Positions 25,008-37,700 of a stretch of 64,000 nt of DNA are shown one piece after another. The DNA lies in assembly GCA_951406725.2 (NCBI GenBank), contig OX597829.1, positions 3,534,001 to 3,598,000 of the forward strand. Reading direction: 5' to 3'. Under the pieces are notes generated by a model. It ran no database searches, was not told the DNA's origin, and worked only from the letters and a program-made list of their open reading frames with translations. The stretch comes from Octopus vulgaris. Taxonomy: Eukaryota. Every line of letters begins with the position of its first letter. Within the stretch, counting starts at the first letter, position 1. A program made the translations under genes and the position numbers.

Positions 25008-26875
25008 GTATGATCGCCTTATTTTGAGATTTCTGCGACTTCAACATGTTTTTATAAGATTTAAAAAAAATTTATCTACTTTAAATACAAACTATTCCTG
25101 CATCATTCACCTTTATTTAAAGTTATCGATATCTCATTCTTGTACTGCTACATTTTTTTACTTTCGTCCTTTCGCAGGCAATAAAATGTTTATTTGTTTG
25201 AAACAAGTGCGATTGATGTAATTAATCGATGATACATGGTCACAGTTCAATGGCTTAAACTAATAAAAGAATTAGTAAATAATTTTAACGTATTATTTTC
25301 ACTATTATTATTTATTTTTTTGTTAATAAAAAATATAAATGAAACAATAGGCACAAGGCGTGAAATTTTGGAAGAGGGGGATAATTGATAAAATTGATCC
25401 CTAGTAATTGATTGGTTACTTTATTTTATCGATTCCGAGGGGTTAAAGGCAAAATTTATACCAGTGAAACTTGAACGTAATCAGTCCGAAGAAATACCTC
25501 CAGGCATTTTGTCCGATGCGATGATGATGAGGCCGAGTTCATTTAAACTACTCCAGTACTTAGCAGTTATTTTATCGAGCTTCCAATGATGAAAAAGTTT
25601 CTACGGTAAGATTAGAACTAAAACGTTAAGGGAGACAATTAAAATAGTTGTACATTTCTAATCGTTTTTTTCTAACATTGGGGGTTAGCAAATTTATAAT
25701 CATTGACTCCCTTCACGAAATTTTTGATACTTATCGACCCCATCATGTTCATTTCAAAACTACAATTGAATACCATAATTAATAAAAGAAAAAAATGTCA
25801 AAGAAAGAATTGCAAGACAGGCTCTTCAAGCTGAGCCAAATGGCAGGAGGTCCTTGGGTAGAATGAGATGGTTGGATAATATTTATAATGTCAGTAAGTC
25901 TTGGTAATCTAGCTGGAAAATCTAATGATAGGACCCTGTGGTGGACTCTACTGTCAAGACCCTCCAAAAATAGCAGGGGAAGTGGATGGAGGAACAAAAA
26001 ATTTCTTGATTCAAGAACAATAATTTCTTCATTCTTTTGTGTTATTACTGCTGTTAATAAGAAATTAAATGAAAATAATGAAATTGTTAGAGAACAAAAA
26101 TTCAGTCCTTATGTTGATGTTGTCAGAGTATTTGACTTGGATAGCCACATATACCTCAAGGGGTCTGTATCGAATACTTTACAGACCCCTATTCCAACAT
26201 AAAGCACAAAACTGGAAATTTTCTGATGAGTGGATTTGTTAATTAAATAGATCTCACTTCATCTTCTCAACCCCAAATGATTGATAAAAGTTGACTTGAT
26301 GTTACAAATACCACAAGGCATTTTTCTTTTCGCTCTAACAACTTTACCAACTCATCACTCTTCAAATAACAATAAGGATTTCTCTTACGATAATAATTAT
26401 TTTTAATTTTAATATTATGATAATAATCATTTTTAATTTAATTGACTAACCCCTGCCCTCTAAAATTGCTGGCCTTGTGCCAGCAATTTTAGAGGGCAGG
26501 GTTTAGTCACTTACATCAACAATAGTACTAAAACTGGTGCTTTATTTTAGACTTTGAAAAGATGGATAGCAAAGTTATCTCAGTGGAATTTGAACTTAGA
26601 ATGTAGAGAACTAGAAGAAATGCTGCTAAGTATTTTGTCTAACATGCTAACAATAATAAAAATGATAAAGGTTTCAAATTTAGACTCAAGGCCAGTAATT
26701 TAAGAGAGAGAGCTAAATTGGTTGTATTGGTCCCTGTACTCAATTGGTACTTATTTCATCAATCCCAAAAAGGTGAAAAGCAAAGTCAACCTCAGCAGAA
26801 TTTGAATTCAGGATATAAAGAACTGGAAAGAAGGTTGCCCAACAACCTAACTATTCTGCCAGCTTGCTACCTTAA

Positions 26876-27095
26876 CCCTTTTGTTACCATATTTCTGTTG
26901 AGATGCTCTGTGTTTCTTTCATTTACTTTAAATATAACAAAGAATTTAGTAAAATAACTTAGTTATCATTCAGCTAGTGTTAGGAACATAAATTGTGACT
27001 AAGGTTTGGTGGAAGATTTTAATTCAAAACTTATGAAAACTAGACATTTTACCACAGAGCCAGTGCCGGTTTCAGCCAGGTTAGTAACAAAAGGG
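26876..27095 (+). mobile_element. piggyBac-like MITE (~220 bp); further copies at 40536-40756, 56663-56883 and 60990-61209 (inverted)
   Basis: CCCTTT...AAAGGG termini flanked by TTAA on both sides in all four near-identical copies. Confidence 0.88.
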
Positions 27096-27269
27096 TTAAT
27101 AGTTGATCAAAATGTACATATTGATAAAAACACTAGTGGTTGTGACATCTCACCAACACAGTCCTCTTTATGAGTTAAATAAAATCAATACAGTTGTTTT
27201 AACAAGACCTGAACCCCTAAGTAAAAGTCTTTCGTATGGCAAGTGTTCCACTGTAAAGCAAGCTGGGTC

Positions 27270-27535
27270 TGGTTGTTATCCAGATACTATGACATATGAA
27301 GATAGATTCAAAATGGAATGCTATTACAGAAGCGAGCCTATCAAAAATAGGATGCATAAAATATGGATAGAGAAAGACATGTTCCCTATCACAGAACAAA
27401 GACTTCTAGACCAGTAAAATCTAATCGTGAAAGGACAATGGTCATCCCAGTTGGATCTAACCAGAGAGCTTGAAAGACTAAGACAATAATTATTCCTACG
27501 GTAATTGGTGCACTTGGCACAACACCTAATATGCT
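27270..27535 (+). mobile_element. R4/Dong-like remnant joining an N-terminal segment directly to the C-terminal end
   Basis: MECYYRSEP..RMHKIW..EQRLLDQ followed closely by IIPTVIGALGTTP. Confidence 0.55.
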
Positions 27536-27864
27536 TCTTAAGACTCATTATTTGTAATGTCATTAATTTTGTTCATAAGCCCTTCTTTAATGATAGATAA
27601 AACCTCATTTGTGGGGGGTTTTTTAATTTAATTTTTTTAGTTTTAGAATATTAATATTGTCATGGTGTGATAGTAAATGTATCACTGTGAAATCTAACTA
27701 GTTAATAACAGTGTACATTACAATCATTGTTTAGCACTAGATCAATCTTAATTTCACTGACCTAAGGTCAAAAGGTGTTCCAGTCATGACCATCTCTTGT
27801 GTTTTTAACTATAGTATATCCATTACTATGTGATCCAGCCTGTCCTTTGATTTGTTTAAAGTTA

Positions 27865-29414
27865 GACAAACCACAAATCCCTTCAGGTAGATGGCCCTGC
27901 TTGCTCTGTAGAAAAGGCATAGGTAGAAACTCCATAAGATGTACCCATTGTAAGCTATGGACACCTAAGAGGTGTAGCAGTATCAAAGGGAGGCTAACTA
28001 GGAAAATAGGTTTTGTGTGTGGCAAACACTCAGGTGCTATAAACACAGAAAATGTGCAGAGAACAGCTTCTATCACATTCCAGGGAGAAAAACTAGAAGT
28101 AGTTGACAGCTTCCGGTACCTAGGGGACTAAGTCAGTAGCAGGGGTGGATGCTCTGAAAGTGTAGCTGCTAGAATAAGAATAGCCTGGGCAAAGTTCAGA
28201 GAGCTCCTACCTCTGCTGGTGACAAGGGGCCTCTTGCTCAGAGTAAAAGTAGACTGTATGACACATGTGTATGAACAGCCATGCTACATGGCAGTGAAAC
28301 ATGGGCTGTGACTGCTGAGGACATGCGTAAGCTTGCAAGGAATCAAGCCAGTATGCTCCACTGGATATGTAATATCAGTGTGCATACTCGACAGAGTGTA
28401 AGTGCCTTAAGAGAAAAGTTGGATTTAAGAAACATCAGATGTGGTGTGCAAGAGAGACGACTGTGCTGGTATGGTCATGTGTTACGTATGGATGAGGACA
28501 GCTGTATGAAAAAGTGTCACACGCTAGCAGTTGAGGGAAACTGTGGAAGAGGTAAACCCAGAGAAACCTGAGATGAGGTGGTGATGCATGACCTTCGAAC
28601 ATTGGGCCTTACCAAGACAATGACTAGTGACTGGGACCTTTGGAGATATGCTGTGCTTGAGAAGACCCAACAAGCCAAGTGAGACCGTAACTGTGGCCTA
28701 TTCCAGTGGGTGTAACCAGCCCATTTATGAATACCCCTCATTCACTGGACAATAAATCTTGCTTGTGAAGACCTATTGAGGCAAGTGAAATAAAAATCAA
28801 AATTGCTGACATGGCTGACGACAGTACCACCTGATTGGCACTTGTGCCAATGGAATATTAAAAGAACATCCAAATGTGGGGTGTAACCAGCCCACTTATG
28901 AGTACCCCTTATTCATTGGACAATGAACTTTGCTTGTGAAGAGCTAATGAGGCATGTATAAACAAACCAAAATCAATGACGTGGCCGATGACAGTACTGT
29001 CTGATTGGCACTCGTGCCAGTGGAACGTTAAAAGCTCATCTGAGCGTGATTGTTTCCAGGGCCACGGATTGGTTCCTGTGCTGGTGACATGTGAAAAACA
29101 CCATTTGAGCATGATCATTGCCAGCGTCGCCTTACTGGCACATGTACTGGTGGCACATGAAAAACAACATTCGAGCATGGTCGTTGCCAATGCCACCGGA
29201 CTGGCTCATAAAAACACCTTTTGAGCATGGTCGTTGCCAGACCCGTCTGACTGGCTCTTGTGCCAGTGGCATGTGAAAAGCACCCATTTCACTCTCCGAG
29301 TGGTTGGCGTTAGGAAGGGCATCCAGCTGTAGAAACTTTGCCAGTCCTCAGTCAAACCGTCCACCCCATGCCAGCGTGGAAAGTGGACGTTAAACTATGA
29401 TGATGATGATGATG
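27865..29414 (+). mobile_element. RTE-clade LINE 3' portion with expanded 3' UTR
   Basis: Cys-rich CxxC region, VDSFRYLGD, MLHGSETW, WYGHV, then UTR and (GAT)n tail. Confidence 0.9.
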
Positions 29415-29618
29415 AACATGGAGTGTAACTTACAGGAGATTTGGCTGCTATTCCTAGCAGTTCGTAAAACTACACAAAGGCTTCCTTGTATCGTTTTAAT
29501 ATAATTTCAGTAGTCATGAGAAATATTTAAAAAATAAGTTTTAGTCCCAAAATAGAAGAAACTTTGTCTTGATTGATAACGTCTTTTAAAGTTCTTTGTT
29601 GTTCTGTTACTTCTTCAG

Positions 29619-29734
29619 GAACGTGACTTAGCTGCTCGCCAGCAAATGTACACAAGTATTTATGCCATGGTTTTCTCACCTTGTGGCAAATACTTAGCAG
29701 CTGGCAACAACTATGGATATTGTGCTATATTCAG
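29619..29734 (+). CDS. THOC6: THOC6 exon 2 (THO complex subunit 6, WD40)
   Basis: AG/GT boundaries; ERDLAARQQMYTSIYAMVFSPCGKYLAAGNNYGYCAIF matches the THOC6 motif SPCGKFLAAGNNYG. Confidence 0.95.
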
Positions 29735-30899
29735 GTAAAAACATTTTCACTTCTTTATTTATTTTTTTTTTAATAATTTCTGAGCAAAATGACCATCTAC
29801 TCCCCAAAACTCCAATTACTAGTTCTTTGTTATATTCTTTCCATTGAAACCATTGTGTGGTGATGAGGAGTATATATCACATGGCTCTTAGGTTAGAAGC
29901 TTGATTTCCAACCACATAGTTGTGAGTTCAGTCCCACCGTGTGGCACCTCGGGCAAGTGTCTTCTACTAGAGCCTTGAACTGACCAAAGCATTGTGAGTG
30001 GATTTGGAAGATGGAAACTGAAAGAAGCCCATCATTTATATATATATATATTTATTAATAATAATAAATATTAGGGAATAAATCCAAACTTACAGGGAAA
30101 AATCAGATTTAGGATTGAATCCAATTTTATAGTAAAATATTATATTATATTAAATTAGAGACAAAACCACTATTAGGCAAATCAAACAATGAAAAACTTA
30201 AGCCAATACATGTGATTAATTTATATTATTTAAATATGTAACAAAATGATCAAAAAATATATAATTAATATCCCACTACGATCGTTTCCTGCCTGCTGTC
30301 TTCAAATTTTAAATTAATCATATGTATTGGCTTAAGTCTTTCATTGTTTGATTTGCCTAATAGTGGTTTTGTCTCTAATTTAATATAATATATATATATT
30401 TATATATATATGTGTATATATATGTATGTGTATATATATATATATATATATGATAATAATAATTTGAGGGAATATTATTCCTAACTTACAGGGAAAAATT
30501 CAATTTAGAAATACTAAATCAAATTTCACAAAATATAACATATATATAAAAATTAGAAAAAACCCACCTTTTATCAATTCAGACATCACAGTGCATTGTC
30601 ATTTCCTCTTTGAGGTCCAACTTCTTGAGATCAGTCCTTACCACATCATCCCACATCTTCCTGGGTCTCCCTCTTCCATGGGTACCGTCCACTTTCAGTA
30701 ATTGGCACTTCTTTATGCAGTTGTTATCAGTGGTTATGAGAAAAGAATAAATGATTATCTTATAAATTTTATAGGCTCACAACTGTTTCTGCTATAAGAT
30801 GCAGAGGACTCACAGTTAAGTGCCTGAGTAACACTACATAGCTTCACCAGAGCCTCGAATATGAAGTGCAGTTTACATGGGAAAATAATTACATTTATG

Positions 30900-31278
30900 T
30901 ATTCTTTTATTTTGTTTCAGTCATTTGACTGTGGCCATACTGGAGCACACCTTTAGTTGAACAAATCGGTTCTGGGACTTATTTTTTCTGAGCCTAGTAC
31001 TTATTCTATCGGTCTCTTTTGCTGAACCATTAAGTTACAGAGATGTAAACACACCAACATTCGTTGTCAACCGATGGTGCGGGGAACAAACACAGACACA
31101 CACACACACACGCACACACGTCAGGTTTCTTTCAGTTTTCGTCTACCAAATCCACTCATAAGGTTTTGGCTGGCCCGAGGCTGTAGTAGAAGACACTTGC
31201 CCAAGGTGCCACACAGTGGGACTGAACCAGGAACCATGTGGTTGGTAAGCAAGTTACTTACCACACAGCCACTCCTGA
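30900..31278 (-). mobile_element. tRNA-derived CORE-type SINE family B. Other copies (approximate): 29880-30030 (+); 32340-32700, 40150-40320, 56260-56430 (-)
   Basis: GTGGCTGTGTGGTAAG...GGTTCAGTCCC head, CCTTGGGCAAGT CORE-like motif, internal (GT)n, tail ...ATGACTGAAACAA. Confidence 0.8.
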
Positions 31279-33773
31279 ACCTACATATATATATATGTGT
31301 GTATAGGAAATAGCATAACCAATGAGTAAGCAAACAGCTATGTGGTGGTCGGAAACCAAGGGCTCTTCCCACAAATAGAATAAGATTAATTTCAAAATGT
31401 GTATGAAGATGGATATATCCAGATAAAGAGGAAGTAGATCTAACTGTAAAAATATATGTATATATATATATATCATCATCATCATTATCATCATTTAAAA
31501 TCTATTGTCCATGCTGGTATGGGTTAGATGGTTTGACTGGAGCTGGTAAGCTGGGGGCTGCACCAGAGTTTAGTCTGATTTGGCATGGTTTTTGTAGCTG
31601 GATGCCCTTCTGAATGCTAACCACTCCAAGAGTGTAGCAGGTGCTTTTACGTGCCATCAGTATAGGTGCCAGTTGTGTGATACCAGTACCTGCCTTGACT
31701 ACAGTTTCACTTGGCCTGATGCGTCTTCTTCTCAAGAACAGCATATTGCCAAAGGTCTTGGCCATTTGTCATTGCCTCCATGAGGCCCAGTGCTCAGAAA
31801 GCGGTTTTTGCATGATAAATAGTTAAATTCAAAACTGCAACACAATAATGAAGTCCAACATAAGTCATCTGAAGAAGGCCACATCATGCAACAGCCAAAC
31901 CGCAGTGAAAGCAACACTGAAGATGAAAACACCAATTTGACCAATATAAACAGCCTCGCCTGGCCCCTGTGCCGGTGGCACGTAAAAAGCACCCACTACA
32001 CTCATGGAGTGGTTGGTGTTAGGAAGGGCATCCAGCCGTAGAAACACTGCCAGATCAGACTGGAGCCTGGTGCAGCCTTCTGGCTTCCCAGATCCTGGTC
32101 GAACTGTCCAACCCATGCTAGCATGGAAAGTGGACGTTAAACGATGATGATGAAACGGTTCTTCATCTCAGAAATATATAATTGCATTGCAAACATTTGA
32201 TGAAGCAAAGCAAAACGAAGCAAGAATCTCAGAACTTGAGAGATAGAGACAGGTATCAACATTGGTATTTATTCTTAACTCTTAAAAACATAAAATAGAA
32301 AACTTCTTTTGTCTTTAATCTTTTGTTTGTTTTTTGTTTGTTGTTGGGCTGCGATCATGCTGGAGCAATGTCTTGAAGAATTTACTTGAACAAATTGACC
32401 CTCAGCATTTGTTCTGTTGGTCTCCTGTTACTGAAACCATTAAGTTATGGAGACATAAACAAACCTACACTGGTTGTTGATAAAGTGGTGTGTGTGGGGG
32501 TGAGTAGAACATGTACAAATGCACACAGGCCCATGTGCAAAAGGCTTCCACACAGTTTCCTGTCCACCAAATTTACTCAAGATATACTTGTCAGCCTCGG
32601 GCTACAGTTGAAGACACTTGCTGAAAGTGCCGTGCAATGAGACTGAACTTGAAACCAAGTGGTTGTAAGGCAAGCTTCTTAACCACACGGCCATGTCTGT
32701 GCCTGTTTGAAAAGGTGGAAGAGGAATTACAGACATACGACATCGAGGACAACTTGTTGAGTGCTACAGACCAAATCTGCAAGTTCCAACCAGATCCAAG
32801 GTGACATGGTGGAATGGTGTTGTAGACAAGCTCATTAGTGGCAGACTAAACTGTTGATAATTAAAATTGCCATCTGTGTATCATACTAAATGTATATACA
32901 CCGTTCAAAAATCACTGGAAATTGTAGTTATGATCCCTGTGCCGGTGGTACATAAAAAGCACCATCTGAACGTGGCCGATGCCAGCGCCGCCTTGACTGG
33001 CTTCCGTGCGGTGGCACATAAAAACCACCAACCGATCGTGACCGTTGCCAGCCTCTCCTGGCACCTGTGCTGGTGGCACGTAAAAAGCACCCACTACACT
33101 CATGGAGTGGTTGGCGTTAGGAAGGGCATCCAGCTGTAGAAACACTGCTAGATCAGACTGGAGCCTGGTGCAGCCTCCTGGCTTCCCAGATCCCGGTTGA
33201 ACTGTCCAACCCAAGCTAGCATGGAAGACGGACGTTAAACGATGATGATGAATTAGCTGAGATGAAATGAGGCATTTTGTTCACCACATAATTGATGATT
33301 TTGATTTAATGCTATTTCACTTACATATCCCAAGATTTTTTTTATTATAGCCTGGCAAACTTCTGCAATATCACTGAAAGCTTTCCTCTCTGTTTCCTAC
33401 GTATTGAAGCACAAATTACACTTAAGCAAGTGTTAGTCAAGTGTATGGCATTGACAAGCTTCAACAATAGTGCAGTGTATCTGTTGTTCTCTTGAGTCAC
33501 TGTAGCAATGATTTGTCTTGCTCCCATACATGTATTGTTTTTAACATAACAAGTCTATGAGGAGAGTTATCTCAGGCAATTATGCAGCATCATGCCTTCT
33601 ACCAGTGTGAATTCACATTTAGTATGTATCACAGATTGTGATTTAATTTCATGCTGTTTAATTGTGTATGCCATGTTTTTTTTTTCATCTTTTTTCCAAT
33701 TTACTTTTATTTTTATTTCTTTAACAAAAATTCTGCTGCAATTGTTACACAATTATCTTATGTCTTGAAATAG

Positions 33774-33838
33774 TTTACCAAGTTCCTTGTCTCCTGAAGC
33801 CACTGAAAATTCTTGGAAACCTCTGTTTACATTTAAAG
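33774..33838 (+). CDS. THOC6: THOC6 exon 3
   Basis: tag|...|gttagt, 65 nt, phase 2/1; (S)LPSSLSPEATENSWKPLFTFK resembles [21 protein letters not shown]. Confidence 0.9.
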
Positions 33839-34751
33839 GTTAGTATTATCTATAATATTACTGTCTGTAATACTACTATCTAAAATATTTGGTGTCACAT
33901 AACAGGCACGTAAAAGGCACCATTTGAGTGCTGGGCCTCACAGAGGCAATGTGACTGATGTTGGTGTAATGTGATAAATACCTGTGCCAGTGCCACGTAA
34001 AAGCACCCATTACACTCTCGGAGTGGTTGGTGTTAGAAAGGGCATCCAACCATAGAAACCATGCCAAATCAGACTGGAGTCTGGTACAGCCCTGCAGCTT
34101 ACCAGCCCTGATCAAACTGTCCAACCCATGCCAGCATGGACAACGAATGTTAGATGATAATTATTATTTTCAGGAATATTATTATTATCTATAATAACAT
34201 AATTATTATAGATAACTAGGTGGACCTGTACATATTCCATACTTGTAGACAACTTCTACAACATACTTATATTTTACATTTAAAAAATATTTTCCACAGC
34301 TATGAGATTTATATAGGAAGTATTATTCCAATGCAGAGCAACAATATTTTCTGGTGTCTACATTTCTTCAAGAGGAATTCTTGTAGGAATTTCTAGTTGT
34401 TAAATTATTCATGATGAAGTTTCACTGTAGCTAGATGATAATTTTCTGTTCAAGCATCCTCCTCATCATTAATGGCTGTTTATGATTGGAGTGGACCAAA
34501 TGAAAGGCAACAATTTACTTGGTTAAACATGAATGCAATAATTTGATATATATATATATACCACATTTTTTTCTCTCCTTGTTTTTTTTCTGTGTCCCTT
34601 TCTGTAGAAGGTCGTAGGCTTGAAACGTAAAAGACTTTTTCTATTCCTGAGCGTTATACTAATACATTTGTTTGTTTTGTACACCACCTGTCTTCGTCTT
34701 CTGTTTTTTTTTTTGTAAACTCTCCCTATACATACATACACACACACACAT

Positions 34752-34790
<39 letters not shown>

Positions 34791-37700
34791 GAGACAGACA
34801 CACACACAGACAGACAGATAGATAGACTGGTTGATGTATTTCTAGCCTTTTGTGCTCTCCTCAGTTAAAGTGATGCAACTCTAAACTGACTGGAAGACTT
34901 AGCTTATATGAAATCAGTAAAAAACTATCTAGCTGGTCGTGTGCTTTAGCTGCCAGAACAGAATATATGGTTGATGCACACATGTTTGATATGTAATAAA
35001 GCATTTTCCTTGCAGTTTGCAAAGGAGAAAAATGTCTTTCCCTACCAGGTCCAGTGATCACATAAGTAATTCTTCTACTATATGTTGACTAGGTCTACCA
35101 TGCAGTATCTTATTCTTTGGTATAGTTTCTGCCTGCTGGTTTCATTCACAAGGCATTGATCAGTCCAAGCCTAAGGTAGAAGACATTTTCTTGTGTTACA
35201 CTGTGAATGAAGCAAAACTACATTGTTTTAGAACAAATGTCTTAACCACACAGCCATGCCAGCACCTTTATACACACACATACATACACACCATCACCAT
35301 CATTGTCATCATTTAGTGTCTGTTTTCCATGTTGGCATAATTCAGACAGTTTGACTGGAACTGGTAAGTTGGTGAACTGCACCAGGCTCCAGTCTATTTT
35401 AGCTTGGTTTCTATGGCTGGATGGCCTTCCTTATGCCAACCACACCACAGGATGTACAGGTGCCTTTTACATGTCACTGACACAGGTGTCTTTTATGTGT
35501 CTCCTTTTTATGTCTCCTGAAGCACAGCAAATCACCACGCCTTCCTCACTTGTCATTACCTCTGTATGCATCAACATCCAAAAATTATATTTCACCACCT
35601 CGTCCCACATCTTCCTGTGTCTACCTCGTCCACAGGTTCTCTTCGCTGTTAGAGATTGGTTCTTTATGCAGCTGTCCTTGTCCATATGCATCACATATCC
35701 ATACCAGCACAGTCTTCTCTTTCGCACGCTACATCTCATGCCTCTTGTACTCAATTTTTCTCTTAGGACACTCACACTCTGCCTTTGTCCAGTCTGTTTT
35801 CATTCTAGCAGCTTCCTCCACTACTGATTTAGTCACCTAGGTAACTGAAGCTATCTGCTACTTCAAAATACTGGGCATTTGACAAAATCTTTTCTTTGTA
35901 CATTCCTACATGTCTGCCACACACAAAGACTACTTTCTCTTTTAGCCTTCCTCTGATACTGCTGCACCTCTTAAGTGTCCAGAGCTTGCAAACTTATGGG
36001 CACACCTTTTGGAGTTTCTAACTACACTTTTTCTACATATCAAGCAGGACCATATATATGTGTGTGTGTGAGTGTGTGTGTGTGTGTGTATTACCATCAT
36101 CATTTAATGTTGTCCATGCTGGCATGGGTTGGACTGTTTGACCAGAGCTGGGGAGCTTCATGTTTCACCAAATACAAATTGATAAAATAAGTACTGGGTT
36201 GATAGGACACTTCTTATTATCAACGAAACCCTGGAGAGTGATGCCCCATCATGGCCACTCTCCAATGATTGAAACTAACAAGATATTTATTTAATCTTTC
36301 TGCCTGATCCTCTATTCTATGTATATTCACTTTCCTGTAACTTGAGGGGATGCCCTGCCTTCTCATCTCCACTATGATCACCTCTTTTTGCACTTGTGGT
36401 TAGTCTTGTATATTCTCTCTATATACCTGTTTCTATCACTCTTCTTGGCACTTGGCATAAAGCCATCTCCCTCAATATGACACATCCACTTACTTGAGTG
36501 GTCTTCTCCTGCAAATTATTTGGTGACCTCACTAGTGTTGGTGCCATGAAAGAAGAAGTATCATTTTACATTCTCTAAAGTGGTTGCTATTAGGAAGGGC
36601 ATTCAGCATACTGAAGTGGACATTCGAGCTTGGTGCAGTCCTCTGGCTCATCATAATGGAGCCTGGACATTTAACAATAAAGGTGATGATGATGATGATG
36701 ATGATGACTGTGGTGGTGGTGGCGACAACGACAACAACAACAAATCAGTTTAAACAACCATGTGAAGCTGGTCTGAAAGACAGACAAAAATGTATACAAC
36801 AAAATTTTATGCAAAAGAATAAACAAAAACGCAATAAAAAGACAAATATAAAGAAAAGTAAGAAATACAAAGGACATTTAGACATTTCTATTGTTAAATC
36901 TTTTGTATCTTCCTTGAACAGAGAGATCTTATTTATTGTTGGTGGATCTTTGAAAATAAATTGTTCTGCTAACATTGGTAGCATTTTAAAGACCGTTTTT
37001 AAAATGTTTTCTCTCTCACTAATTAAAAAAAAATTAGCTTTGAGTACAATCATTGGTGAACATTTTTCCTTGCACAAAATTCCTCATTTAACCCTTTCGA
37101 TACCAACCCCCCTAAGACTTCTCCTGTTTCTATGATACAAACTTCCTGTTTTAAAGGGATCTTAATTAAAAGCTACCTTCGAAAATTTCATATTAAATTT
37201 ATGTTTGAAACACCAACTTAATAATGACAAAGTTTAAATTCTTCATCATCATCATCATCATCATTATCATCGTTTAATGTCCATTTTCTGTACTAGCATG
37301 GGTTGGATGGTTCGACTGGGGTCTGGGAAGCCAGAAGGCTGCACCAGGCTCCAGTCCGTTCTGGCAGTGTTTCTACAGCTGGATGCCCTTCCTAAAGCTT
37401 CAAATGCAGGAGTGGTCATTTTTATTCAGTAAAAAAAAAAATCCCAAAAGCTAAGTTTGATTACTCTGTGGTTAGTATATATAAGCGATGAAAATTACAC
37501 CTGGAAACAGACATTCAGCCTCGTACTAAATTGAAAGTAGCTTGACCAGAAATAAATGTAGTGATGTATTTAATTTAAGTGTTCATCTAAATATGTCAAA
37601 ATGTGCCTGCAGCTTTAAGGGAGAAAGCTTGTGGGTGATAAATTGCAACAACAAAACTAATTAAAACTAATTAATTAAAAGGAAAGCTGTGTATTTCAGT

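Noticed and set aside
36584-37135. 183-aa ORF
   Set aside because: Starts in an RTE tail and runs through trinucleotide repeats and AT-rich sequence; no domain.
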